A program made the position numbers and the translations under genes. From positions 11,032 through 75,031 of the forward strand of contig CACXPH010000009.1 of NCBI GenBank assembly GCA_902769535.1: a stretch of 64,000 nt of DNA. Reading direction: 5' to 3'. The DNA comes from an uncultured Bacteroidales bacterium (GTDB lineage: Bacteria; Bacteroidota; Bacteroidia; Bacteroidales; Paludibacteraceae). The notes beneath the pieces were generated by a model. It searched no databases, had not been told where the DNA came from, and saw nothing but the letters and a program-made list of their open reading frames with translations. How positions within the stretch are numbered: position 1 is the first letter of the stretch; every line of letters starts with the position of its first letter. Positions 53,844 through 63,440 of this stretch are shown here, in pieces.

Positions 53844-56800
53844 TCTTATCCAGTATCGATTTGCGGTACTCACTCGGCGTGACACCGTAGGTGCTCTTGA
53901 AGCATTTGGCGAAATAGCGGCTGTCGTTCATACCTACCATATACGTCACTTCCGTGATGTTCAGTTGGCGCTCTTCTAACAGTTGCGCCGCACGTTTGAT
54001 ACGCATCTCACGAATGAACTCTACAGGACTTAGACCAGTCATACTCTTCAATTTATTGAAGAAGACGGTACGACCCATGCCCATATCATCTACCAAATCA
54101 TCCACGGTGAGCGTGTTGTTCTCCAGCTGCTTGTTCATCACGTCTAACAACTTGGCCAGGAACGCATCGCCCGGTATTGTCTCGTCGTATTTCTGCGGTT
54201 CCAGACGCATTAGACGCTGACGGTAACTCTGCTCCAACTGGGTGCGTTGAGCAAAGATATTATTCACGCGGGCACGCAGATACTCCGGTTCGAACGGTTT
54301 GGTCACGTAGTCATCCGCTCCGTACCCTAACGCTTCTATCTTACTCTCGATAGAGGTCTTGGCGGTCAGCAGAATAACGGGTATATAATCGAAATCAGGG
54401 TTCTGTTTAACGAACCGCGTCAACTCCAGACCGTCCACGTTCGGCATCATCAGATCGGTCACGATCATATCGATCGGTTTACTGCGAACCACACGCTCCG
54501 CTTCTTCTCCGTCTGCAGCCGTCACTACATGGTACTCGCGGCTCAGGATACCCGAGAGGAAGGCTCGCATATCCTTGCTGTCATCTACCACCAGGATCGT
54601 ACGTGCGTCTTCCTGCTGCTCTTGCTGCAGTTGTTCGATCTTATCCGCAAACGTAGGTGCCACCTCCGGCATCGTGATGTTATCCGTCACGAGGAACTCA
54701 ACCGAGTCGTCGAAATGTTCCTTACCTGTATGCAGCAGTACGGTAATCGTCGTGCCTTTGCCCACTTCGCTCTCCACCTCGATATAACCGTGGTGCAGAT
54801 CAACCAACTCTTTGGTCAGGTTCATACCGATACCCGTTCCGGTCGAGTTGTTGTTATTGAGTTCGTTATTGCTTGAGAAGCGCTCAAAGAGCACATTGCG
54901 TTTCTCCGGCGATATACCGATACCTTCGTCTTGTACGGTAAGCGTCACAAAGCCCGGTTTGTCACCCACAATCACACGAATAGCTTTGCCGGCCGGTGTG
55001 AACTTAAACGCATTGCTCAGCAGGTTCCAAAGGATGGTGTCCATACGCGCACGGTCAATCCAAACGGTCGAGTCTTCTGCGCGGTTCTCCACCTCAAAAC
55101 GGATATGTTTGTCATCCGCTTCCTTCCGGAAATTAGCACAAGCTTCGTTCACCACCTCGCTCAACAAGGTCTGCTGTACCTTCAGCTTCATCTTCTGGTT
55201 CTGTACCTTGCGGAACTCCAGCAACTGATTGACCATACGCAACATCCGCTGGCTGTTACTCTGCACGATCTCCAGTTGGCTGCGAACGCTCTGATTGATG
55301 CGCTCGTTCTGCAGTATGTTCTCCACCGGCGCCACGATAAGCGTCAACGGCGTACGTAACTCATGACTGATATTCGTGAAGAACCGTAACTTGATATCCG
55401 TCACTTGTTGCTCCACTTTCACTTTCTGCCGTAAGGTGTTGTAGGTCGTGACCGTATAAATGGTCATTCCAATGAACAGACAGATACCGATGATATACAG
55501 CATAATCGCCCACCAAGCCAACCAAGTCGGACGACTCACATGAATAACCAGTATCTTCTCGTTGTCCACTTCGCTTCCTTCGCGATTGGTGGAACGCACA
55601 TGGAATACATAACTGCCGTGCACCAGGTTACTGTAGGTCACACGACGCAGATCGGTTGCCGCACGCCATCCGTTGTCCACGCCGTCCATCTTGTAGAAAT
55701 AGAAGATCTTATCCACGCCTACAAAATCCATCGCTGCGTACTCGATGGTAAGGTTACTCTCGTTGGCAATCGTGATGGTGTCGCCTTCCAACTCCTGGTC
55801 ATTGGACTCGATACGCGTGAAGCGGATAGGTGGAACGGAACTCGAGCGATGGATACGCGACGGATCGAACGAACAATACCCGTTCGAATAACCGAACAGA
55901 ATCAATCCTTCCGGTGTGCAGAGCGCTTCGGCCTCCGTGAAATACGTATTGTGCTCGCCGTCCATGGCATCGTAGTAATACAGATTACCGGTCTCCAGAT
56001 CCATCTGCGCGATGTTACTCTCCGACGTGAACCAGATATTCTCCGTATCACAGGTCATGCTCAGAATGATATCATGGAAGGTCTCGACATGCTGGATCTC
56101 TAAGTTTGGATCCGTAGGATCAATCGTTAGCAGACCGCCACCGAACGAACCGAACCATAACTTATCGTGGCTGTAACAAACGGCGCGAATATCGTAACTG
56201 GGTAATACCAAACTCTCATTCGTAGCGCAGTTAACCCGCAGGATACCCGTCGTTGTGCCGCACCATAGATAGTCTCCCACGATCTCGATATCTCGCACTT
56301 TCATTCCCGGACCGATGACTTGCGGTTTGCTCCATCCCGATCCGTTCCACCGCACGATATTCACACCGTCACCATAGGTGGCTACATACAGCGTACCGTC
56401 GTTACCTTCGACAACATCGTAGATATCCAGATGACTCGTGGGCACCGTTTGCTTGGTGGTCATGTTGATCAGTCCCTTACCTTTCGTTCCGTACAGCATA
56501 CCGTACGAGCTCTCCAGTGCGCAATAGACGAGTTTATCGGACTTTAGTAATGGTAGTATCTCGCCTTTCTTCGTCTGTGCGAAAGCACGCACTTCCCCGT
56601 TTTCACGGTCTGAACGACGCATGTCGTGTAGTTGATACGGCGTCGGATCCATGTTCACACAATCGACACCTCCGTCGTAGGTCGCTATCCACATCTGTCC
56701 GTCGCGGTCGATATAGGCCGTGTGGATCATGTTCGTCAGACCGTCTATCGGGAAGACCAATTCATCTTTATCGTAGTCGTAGTAACTCCATCCTCCACCC

Positions 56801-57393
56801 GTCGGATTGACCCATGTGCGACCGAGTTTGTCTTCGAGCAGGAAGAAATGCTCGCGCAGACGACCTGCATACCGACTGTCCAAGGCGGGTTTGAACCGTT
56901 TCCATTGACCGTACCGATACCGCATGATTCCGTCCGTGTTGTCTGCTTGCCAGATTACACCGCGCGAATCGACTTTGGTGTTCTTGTCCATCTCCGTCAT
57001 CTGCTCCACCATCTCGCTCGGCAGACTGTCGTACGGCTGTTCGGTCGTCACCTTACGCGCCGCATCCAAACGGTAGTAATGTCCGTCGTACGTGCTCCAC
57101 CAGATACGTTCTGACTCATCCTCGAAGATACGCACCACGCGGTTATTCACCTGCGCAGCTTCTCCGTTATTCATCGCTTTGTAGGTCTCGAACGTGTAGC
57201 CGTCAAAACGGTTCAGACCGTCCCACGTACCGAACCACATAAAACCCTGACGGTCTTGCAGAATAGCCATCACGGTATTCTGACTCATACCGTCCTTGAT
57301 GGAGTAGTGCTGAATCACATAGTGCTCGTGCGCCTTTACATGAACAAAGAACAAGGAACAAAGAGCAATGAATATTAACCTATAACCTCTCAC
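53815..57393 (-). CDS. hybrid two-component system protein (periplasmic beta-propeller sensor, HisKA/HATPase, receiver, AraC HTH)
   Basis: 1192 aa; FFTNISHELRTPLT H-box, GTGIGMNL G-box, ILVVDDSKDM...TDLMMP receiver, C-terminal AraC-type HTH; GTG start. Confidence 0.9.
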   Translation of the reverse strand: MRGYRLIFIALCSLFFVHVKAHEHYVIQHYSIKDGMSQNTVMAILQDRQGFMWFGTWDGLNRFDGYTFETYKAMNNGEAAQVNNRVVRIFEDESERIWWSTYDGHYYRLDAARKVTTEQPYDSLPSEMVEQMTEMDKNTKVDSRGVIWQADNTDGIMRYRYGQWKRFKPALDSRYAGRLREHFFLLEDKLGRTWVNPTGGGWSYYDYDKDELVFPIDGLTNMIHTAYIDRDGQMWIATYDGGVDCVNMDPTPYQLHDMRRSDRENGEVRAFAQTKKGEILPLLKSDKLVYCALESSYGMLYGTKGKGLINMTTKQTVPTSHLDIYDVVEGNDGTLYVATYGDGVNIVRWNGSGWSKPQVIGPGMKVRDIEIVGDYLWCGTTTGILRVNCATNESLVLPSYDIRAVCYSHDKLWFGSFGGGLLTIDPTDPNLEIQHVETFHDIILSMTCDTENIWFTSESNIAQMDLETGNLYYYDAMDGEHNTYFTEAEALCTPEGLILFGYSNGYCSFDPSRIHRSSSVPPIRFTRIESNDQELEGDTITIANESNLTIEYAAMDFVGVDKIFYFYKMDGVDNGWRAATDLRRVTYSNLVHGSYVFHVRSTNREGSEVDNEKILVIHVSRPTWLAWWAIMLYIIGICLFIGMTIYTVTTYNTLRQKVKVEQQVTDIKLRFFTNISHELRTPLTLIVAPVENILQNERINQSVRSQLEIVQSNSQRMLRMVNQLLEFRKVQNQKMKLKVQQTLLSEVVNEACANFRKEADDKHIRFEVENRAEDSTVWIDRARMDTILWNLLSNAFKFTPAGKAIRVIVGDKPGFVTLTVQDEGIGISPEKRNVLFERFSSNNELNNNNSTGTGIGMNLTKELVDLHHGYIEVESEVGKGTTITVLLHTGKEHFDDSVEFLVTDNITMPEVAPTFADKIEQLQQEQQEDARTILVVDDSKDMRAFLSGILSREYHVVTAADGEEAERVVRSKPIDMIVTDLMMPNVDGLELTRFVKQNPDFDYIPVILLTAKTSIESKIEALGYGADDYVTKPFEPEYLRARVNNIFAQRTQLEQSYRQRLMRLEPQKYDETIPGDAFLAKLLDVMNKQLENNTLTVDDLVDDMGMGRTVFFNKLKSMTGLSPVEFIREMRIKRAAQLLEERQLNITEVTYMVGMNDSRYFAKCFKSTYGVTPSEYRKSILDKNGKKKGNKD

Positions 57394-57412
57394 CTTTCAC
57401 CTTTCACCTTAA

Positions 57413-58288
57413 TTAGAGTCCTTTCTCGGCCAAACGCTCCAGATAGCGACCGTAAGCGGTCTTCATCTCTTTGCCTAACGCCGCCAGTTGCTCCGTACTG
57501 ATCCAACCGTTACGCCATGCGATCTCCTCGATACAGCTCACGTAGAAACCTTGACGGTTCTGGATGGTTGCAATGAAATTACCGGCCTCGAGCAGGCTGT
57601 CGCAGTTACCCGTATCCAGCCATGCAAACCCACGACTGAACAGTTTGACCTTCAGCGTGCCTTCGTTCAGATAGAGCTTGTTCAAGTCCGTGATCTCGTA
57701 TTCGCCACGCGCACTCGGTTGGAGATTAGCCGCTTTCTCGCACACCGTCTCGTCGTAGAAATACAGACCCGGTACGGCATAGTTACTCTTCGGTTCTGCC
57801 GGTTTCTCTTCCAGACTCAGCACCTTGCCGTCCTTGTCAAACTCCACGACGCCGTACGCACGCGGATCAGCTACTTCGTATCCGAAGATACAAGCACCGC
57901 CTTCTTGCGCCGAAGCAACGGCTTCCTTTAGCATATGTCCGAAATGCTGACCGTAGAACATGTTATCGCCTAAAATCAAGCAACCCGGTTCGCCGTTCAA
58001 GAACTCTTTGCCTAACACAAATGCTTGTGCCAAGCCGTTCGGCACCAGTTGCACTTTGTAACTCAACTTCATACCCAGACGACTACCGTCACCTAACAAC
58101 TCCTCGAACATCGGCAAGTCACGCGGTGTACTGATCACCAGCACTTCGCGGATACCGGCTAACATTAACGCACTCAGCGGATAATAGATCATCGGCTTGT
58201 CATAAACCGGCATAATCTGCTTGCTGATTGCTTTACTGAGAGGGTACAACCTTGTTGCGCTACCTCCGGCTAATATGATTCCTTTCAT
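57413..58288 (-). CDS. rfbA: glucose-1-phosphate thymidylyltransferase
   Basis: Start moved to MKGIILAGGSATRLYPL; the rest is colinear with RmlA. Confidence 0.9.
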   Translation of the reverse strand: MKGIILAGGSATRLYPLSKAISKQIMPVYDKPMIYYPLSALMLAGIREVLVISTPRDLPMFEELLGDGSRLGMKLSYKVQLVPNGLAQAFVLGKEFLNGEPGCLILGDNMFYGQHFGHMLKEAVASAQEGGACIFGYEVADPRAYGVVEFDKDGKVLSLEEKPAEPKSNYAVPGLYFYDETVCEKAANLQPSARGEYEITDLNKLYLNEGTLKVKLFSRGFAWLDTGNCDSLLEAGNFIATIQNRQGFYVSCIEEIAWRNGWISTEQLAALGKEMKTAYGRYLERLAEKGL

Positions 58289-58310
58289 ACTCAAAAAACC
58301 TTTGCGACTG

Positions 58311-58342
58311 CAAAGGTACGATAATTTTTCCACATACGCAAA
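58311..58342 (-). promoter_or_regulatory. Bacteroidota-type promoter for rfbA
   Basis: Reverse strand TTTG-N20-TACCTTTG; the -7 box is half of the palindrome ACCTTTGC-GACT-GCAAAGGT (58298-58317). Confidence 0.55.
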
Positions 58343-58360
58343 AGAAATGTGGAATTTTTG

Positions 58361-59212
58361 TCAAATAAGTGCTAAAATAGCCACTATAAGCGTAGAAAAC
58401 ATCAAGACCGGCATCTGCTTGTCTAAGTTCTGACGGTGTGTCCACACAAACCATAAATGCCATCCCCATATCGGCAAGATGCACAGCACCCACCAGTGGC
58501 CGAACAACGCAAATAGCACCAAACAACCGATGATTAAGCACGAATGGTAGATTCGTCCACCGGTCTGACCTAACCAACCGGCAAAAGTACGTTTGCCGTG
58601 TAACAGGTCATTGTCCATATCACGGATATTATTGACGTTCAGCACACCTACGCACGGCAGACCGATCGCCACACCGCACCAGATAATCTCCCACGTCAGC
58701 GTTTGTGTCTGCAGGTAATATGCCCCCCAGGTACTCGCTAAGCCAAAGAAAATAAACACACCGAGGTCGCCTAAACCCATGTAACCGTAACTGTGCTTGC
58801 CTAAGGTATAGGTCATAGCGCCGAGAATAGCCAACAGGCCTAAGCCTAAGAAACTTAGGCTCTGCCAACTAATGAGTGTACCAAACGCACACCATACTAA
58901 GACGGTACCGAAAATGACGCACAGACCGATAAAGATACCGATCATCGTCTTCATCTGCTTCTCGGTGATGGTACCGGCTTGCAGTCCGTACGCTGCACGA
59001 CCTTGCTGATCCGAGTCCGTGCCTTTCTGCGCGTCGCCTAACTCATTACTCAGATTACTGAGTATCTGCAGACACAAGGCCGTCAAAAAGGCCAAACTGA
59101 ATACTGACCACTGGAAACTGACTGCTTGATACGCCAGTCCCGAACCGAGAATAATACCTGCCACCGACAGCGGCAAGGTCCGCAAACGTAATGACTGAAT
59201 ATAAGGGTTCAT
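58361..59212 (-). CDS. menA: 1,4-dihydroxy-2-naphthoate polyprenyltransferase
   Basis: 283 aa polytopic UbiA-fold protein; NELGDAQKGTD and NNIRDMDND Asp-rich motifs. Confidence 0.8.
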   Translation of the reverse strand: MNPYIQSLRLRTLPLSVAGIILGSGLAYQAVSFQWSVFSLAFLTALCLQILSNLSNELGDAQKGTDSDQQGRAAYGLQAGTITEKQMKTMIGIFIGLCVIFGTVLVWCAFGTLISWQSLSFLGLGLLAILGAMTYTLGKHSYGYMGLGDLGVFIFFGLASTWGAYYLQTQTLTWEIIWCGVAIGLPCVGVLNVNNIRDMDNDLLHGKRTFAGWLGQTGGRIYHSCLIIGCLVLFALFGHWWVLCILPIWGWHLWFVWTHRQNLDKQMPVLMFSTLIVAILALI

Positions 59213-59225
59213 GAGTATTCAGTGA

Positions 59226-59921
59226 TCAGTTTTCGGCGATCAGTTTTTCCACAAGTTCCGGTACTCCCTGCGTAGCAGGTTTGCGGATATGCGTGATACG
59301 GTCAGCCCACATACCGAACTCCGGTTGACCGGGATCGACAAAATAGATCGGACAGTCTTTCGGCGCGTAATGAATAAGACTTGCTGCCGGATAGACATTC
59401 AGACTGGTACCGACTACCACCATGATCTGTGCTTGACTCGCGATGCGACACGCCTCGTCGAAATACGGCACACCTTCGCCGAAGAACACGATGTACGGAC
59501 GCAACAACGAACCGTCCGGGTGACGGTCACCGTAATGTTGTTCCCATCCTTTCAAAGGCACAGTGGCCGTCTCGTTATTCTCCGAGCGTAACTTCGTGAT
59601 CTCGCCGTGCAAGTGCAGTACCTCTGTTGCACCTGCCCGTTCGTGCAAATCATCGATATTCTGCGTGATGACACGTGTTCCGGGTATCGCCTGTTGCAAC
59701 TTAGCTATCGCGATATGCGCCGCATTCGGTTGAGCAGCCAAAGTGTCCTTTCTGCGTGCGTTGTAGAAATCGACACATAACTGCGGATTCCTTAACCATG
59801 CCTCGTGCGTACACACATCCTCGATGCGGTACTTCTCCCATAACCCGTCCGAGTCACGAAACGTACCCAGACCACTCTCGGCGCTCACTCCTGCGCCTGT
59901 GAAAACAACAATGCGTTTCAT
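59226..59921 (-). CDS. cobB: NAD-dependent protein deacylase (Sir2 family)
   Basis: 231 aa; TGAGVSAESG, QNIDDLHERAG, HG catalytic His. Confidence 0.85.
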   Translation of the reverse strand: MKRIVVFTGAGVSAESGLGTFRDSDGLWEKYRIEDVCTHEAWLRNPQLCVDFYNARRKDTLAAQPNAAHIAIAKLQQAIPGTRVITQNIDDLHERAGATEVLHLHGEITKLRSENNETATVPLKGWEQHYGDRHPDGSLLRPYIVFFGEGVPYFDEACRIASQAQIMVVVGTSLNVYPAASLIHYAPKDCPIYFVDPGQPEFGMWADRITHIRKPATQGVPELVEKLIAEN

Positions 59922-59929
59922 AGTAGTGT

Positions 59930-60301
59930 CTATTTAAAGGCGAAAACAAAATATACGGCTGCAATCAGACAGAGGCACGCCACGAAATGGTTCCATCGCA
60001 ACTCCATGTGAAAAGCGATCATGGAAAACGCCACAAAAACCACCAACGTGATCACCTCTTGTATCACTTTCAACTGCATCAGCGTGAACGTTCCGCCATT
60101 ACCCTCAAAACCCATCCGGTTGGCGGGCACCTGCAGACAGTATTCAAAGAAGGCAATTCCCCACGATAGAAGAATAACAAAAATCAAAGGCGTAGCGTTC
60201 GTGAAAAATCCGGTCTGTTGTAACTTCAAATGACCGTACCAAGCCAGCGTCATGAAGATATTCGACGCCAACAATAACAAAATTGTGTATAATGCGTTCA
60301 T
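59930..60301 (-). CDS. small DMT-superfamily membrane protein (DUF486-like)
   Basis: 123 aa with four hydrophobic helices. Confidence 0.5.
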   Translation of the reverse strand: MNALYTILLLLASNIFMTLAWYGHLKLQQTGFFTNATPLIFVILLSWGIAFFEYCLQVPANRMGFEGNGGTFTLMQLKVIQEVITLVVFVAFSMIAFHMELRWNHFVACLCLIAAVYFVFAFK

Positions 60302-60342
60302 TCTTTAAACTTTAAACTTTCTAATAATCGTGCCCTTTAGGG

Positions 60343-61125
60343 CTAAGAACTTTCAACTGACGGCAGGTATGCCGTCTTTATATTGGTCATTGCCCCGTAT
60401 ATCGAATCCATTGCGTCAGGATTGAGTTCCTGTATCTGCGCTAATAAATCTTTTACTTTCTCGCGTGCCGACACATGCTCAAAGGGACAGAGTTTCTGTT
60501 GTTTTTCATACTTTTGCATTTCGGCGTACTTCACCAAATCCGCCTCTTCTATCAGGCACAACGGTCGGATGATTTGGAGCGGCATTTTGTCCAGTTGCAG
60601 GATAGGTGGCATGGTAGCGAACGAACCTGCATAAACGAGGTTCATCAGCAGCGTCTGCACCACATCGTTCTTATGATGCCCGAAAGCGATCTTGTTGCAC
60701 CCGATCTCTTGCGCTACATTGAAAAGCGTCTTCCGCCGGTACCACGAGCACAGAAAACAAGGATTCGTTTCTTCCCGATTTTTCCCGATGAAATCGGAAG
60801 AATTTGGTATTTCTCCGATCTCTACATCTCGCACGATGAGTGGCACTTTCGCCTCCGCGCAGAAATGCTCCAGATAACTCATATCCGTTTGGTAGGCCCG
60901 TTCCTTGACCCGCACATGAAGTGCTGTGACGCGAAAACGCGGCTTGTAGATCTGCGCTCTGCGACCCAATAATTCCACCAGCGCCAAGCTGTCCTTACCA
61001 CCGCTGAGGCCGATGAGGATATGGTCCCCGTCAGCTATCAGACCGTAGTCCGCACACGCTTTATGAAAGCGCTTAGTCAAGCGTTCCCGCTGTTTGTCCA
61101 AGGCTATTTGTTCCGGCGTTTTCAT
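60343..61125 (-). CDS. ttcA: PP-loop ATPase, tRNA 2-thiocytidine biosynthesis TtcA-like
   Basis: 260 aa; GLSGGKDS PP-loop and CFLCSWYRR Cys motif. Confidence 0.65.
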   Translation of the reverse strand: MKTPEQIALDKQRERLTKRFHKACADYGLIADGDHILIGLSGGKDSLALVELLGRRAQIYKPRFRVTALHVRVKERAYQTDMSYLEHFCAEAKVPLIVRDVEIGEIPNSSDFIGKNREETNPCFLCSWYRRKTLFNVAQEIGCNKIAFGHHKNDVVQTLLMNLVYAGSFATMPPILQLDKMPLQIIRPLCLIEEADLVKYAEMQKYEKQQKLCPFEHVSAREKVKDLLAQIQELNPDAMDSIYGAMTNIKTAYLPSVESS

Positions 61126-61810
61126 TATTCTGCTTGATCAGGTCGGCAATCTTACGGCTCGCTTCTTTCTGCAACTTGATACAGAAATAGATGAGCACAA
61201 CCGTACAAATCGAACCGGCAATCGGGTTCACCGCACCACTCATCGCAATCGAGTCATACACGCCGTGTGCCAGGAACGGAACCAGGAACATCTTCGCCGC
61301 ATTGGCCTTTGAACGGTCCACGAAATGATAGAGCGCGTAGTAATAACCCATCAAGATTGCGAACGCATAGTGTCCCGGCACGGAGAGCAACGCTCTCATT
61401 ACAGCTGTAGTCACCCATCCTTCGCCACTCTGGAAGACATAACCGATATTCTCAATCGTGGCAAATCCAAGACTGATAAAGACCGCGTATACAATGCCGT
61501 CGAAATGCTCGTCGAACTGCGGACAACGACGCAGGAACAACCACAGCACCAGCAGTTTAGCACCTTCTTCCGGCAAGGCGGCTACGCAGAACGCATTCAC
61601 GGTCGAACCGATCAAGGTCGTAGGTGAACCGTCTCCGAAAAGCAGCGACGAGATATACACCTCCAGGAATGCGACCGGGATACAGATTCCTACGCCGATG
61701 AAGAACGCGCGGAGCACCCACCGGATCGGTTCCGGGTGCGGATCCTTCCGCCAGATGAACAATCCCAATAAGACGGCCGGCAAAACAGCCGCAATGAACA
61801 TCAAATACAT
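61073..61810 (-). CDS. PrsW family intramembrane metalloprotease
   Basis: 245 aa polytopic protein; ALPEEGAK and HGVYD motifs. Confidence 0.6.
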   Translation of the reverse strand: MYLMFIAAVLPAVLLGLFIWRKDPHPEPIRWVLRAFFIGVGICIPVAFLEVYISSLLFGDGSPTTLIGSTVNAFCVAALPEEGAKLLVLWLFLRRCPQFDEHFDGIVYAVFISLGFATIENIGYVFQSGEGWVTTAVMRALLSVPGHYAFAILMGYYYALYHFVDRSKANAAKMFLVPFLAHGVYDSIAMSGAVNPIAGSICTVVLIYFCIKLQKEASRKIADLIKQNNENAGTNSLGQTAGTLD

Positions 61811-61833
61811 ACTTATTCTTATTTATTATTTTT

Positions 61834-62694
61834 TTACCAATCGAGGTTATAAACGATGCCGATAGCGTGAACGAACGCCTTTTCTTCGGTCAGTTCGATA
61901 TACGATTTCTTCTTCGTGATATTGATATCTCGGCCGTAGCTGTAATGGAAGCGGTAGAAGAAATCCAGACTGCTCATCCGCGTCAGACGCCACTTGACAC
62001 CCGCTTGTGTACGCACATTGCTGATAAACTGACGTCCGTCTTTCTGCTGGTACTCGGGTGCGTTGAGCGTGTTCTCCAGTTCGACCCATAAGTACGGTTT
62101 CACCGGTTTGCCGGGCACGATGAACTCCGTACCGAGCCGCGAGCGCAGCGTCCATGCGTACGGACTTTTCTCGTTGGCATTCACACTGTCGGTTCGCATA
62201 TCGCATACAAAACGTTCACGCAGGTAGATCTTCGCCAGATCGGTCTTGTACGAACCCGTCACGCCGAAGAACACACGATGGCGGATAAACTCATTCGGAT
62301 CGCTCCAGCCTTTGTTTCCCAAGATTCGCAAGGTATATCCCGCATCTGCTTTCAGGTAATAGAAAACCGGATGTGCGTACGCCAAAGACAGCGTCGTGTA
62401 CGACTTGCTGAACGCGGCGCCGCTGGCCGAGTTATATACATCGAAACGGAGTTCCTCCGCAATACCGAGTCGCAGTCCGTTATTCCATTTCTTGGTAAAC
62501 TCAGCTCCCGCCCGCAACTGCACACCGTGCGTCGTATCGCATGTCTGCGTCTCGTAGTCCCATGCGAGAGCAGTCATACTCAGCGCCAACAGCGCTCCTA
62601 TAACCCATAACCTATAACCCGGAGCGTCTTCCCGACGGAACGGGAAGAGCGGCTTCCGCCTAGAAGGGTTCAACAACCTATTATCTATTTCCAT
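61834..62694 (-). CDS. DUF2490-like outer-membrane protein
   Basis: 286 aa; signal-like segment, beta-strand-rich body, aromatic C-terminus; family name from memory. Confidence 0.45.
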   Translation of the reverse strand: MEIDNRLLNPSRRKPLFPFRREDAPGYRLWVIGALLALSMTALAWDYETQTCDTTHGVQLRAGAEFTKKWNNGLRLGIAEELRFDVYNSASGAAFSKSYTTLSLAYAHPVFYYLKADAGYTLRILGNKGWSDPNEFIRHRVFFGVTGSYKTDLAKIYLRERFVCDMRTDSVNANEKSPYAWTLRSRLGTEFIVPGKPVKPYLWVELENTLNAPEYQQKDGRQFISNVRTQAGVKWRLTRMSSLDFFYRFHYSYGRDINITKKKSYIELTEEKAFVHAIGIVYNLDW

Positions 62695-63440
62695 TACTTG
62701 AACTTCGTAATTTGGTCAATACTGTTGCTTATCTTGCCTTTCTCCAGAGGGTAGGTCACTTTGATATACGCTACGTCGCGCAGGAAGTCGATGTGTCCGA
62801 TCTCTACATCCAGCACTTTGAGTCCCGTCCGTTCCTCGAGGTCTGCGATCAGCGCTACGCGGTTCTCGGGTTTGATATTCTCGATCTTCTCATAGAGAAT
62901 GATCTTCGTCGAGGTATGCTTGCGGCCACTCCAAAACTCAAATCCCCATGCCATAGCCAACAGCAGTATGTTGGCAAAAAGCAATAAATACCACGCCAAA
63001 CCATCGGCTTTGAGACTCAGCGAGTTGATTACAGAGACAGCGATGATGAGGAACATATAGTTCATCTCGCGGATAGGCACGGTCTCGGTTCGGTAACGGA
63101 TCATACCGAAGATAGCGAACAGACCGAGCACGAAACCTGTCTGGATGTCGAGTATCTGCATCAGCCAGAGCAGCAGGAACATACCGGATGAGAAGAGCAT
63201 AAACTGCACGTAGTAATCGCGGCGGCGGCTGTAACGATAGTAGATACAGTAGATGAGAATCCATGAAACCAACAGGTTGAACAGGAACATGAGCGGCATC
63301 GTAACGATATCTGCACTTACGTGCAGCCACTCAGCTATCGTCTGCATCACATAACTGATACTGTTCGTCGCACCGAAGCGCTCGGCGATACTCGGATCGT
63401 TCTCCAGGAACTCCAATGTGGGATTACTTAACTCTGGCAT
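62694..63440 (-). CDS. DUF4956-like membrane protein
   Basis: 248 aa with four TM helices plus a soluble tail; usual partner of VTC-domain proteins, from memory. Confidence 0.45.
   Translation of the reverse strand: MPELSNPTLEFLENDPSIAERFGATNSISYVMQTIAEWLHVSADIVTMPLMFLFNLLVSWILIYCIYYRYSRRRDYYVQFMLFSSGMFLLLWLMQILDIQTGFVLGLFAIFGMIRYRTETVPIREMNYMFLIIAVSVINSLSLKADGLAWYLLLFANILLLAMAWGFEFWSGRKHTSTKIILYEKIENIKPENRVALIADLEERTGLKVLDVEIGHIDFLRDVAYIKVTYPLEKGKISNSIDQITKFK

Noticed and set aside
60781-60800. The 17-nt identity CGATGAAATCGGAAGAA shared with 4027-4043, as evidence of a mobile insert
   Set aside because: A single 17-mer pair in 128 kb of two-strand sequence is close to chance expectation (about 0.5). 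Only the collective 11-mer enrichment is reported.
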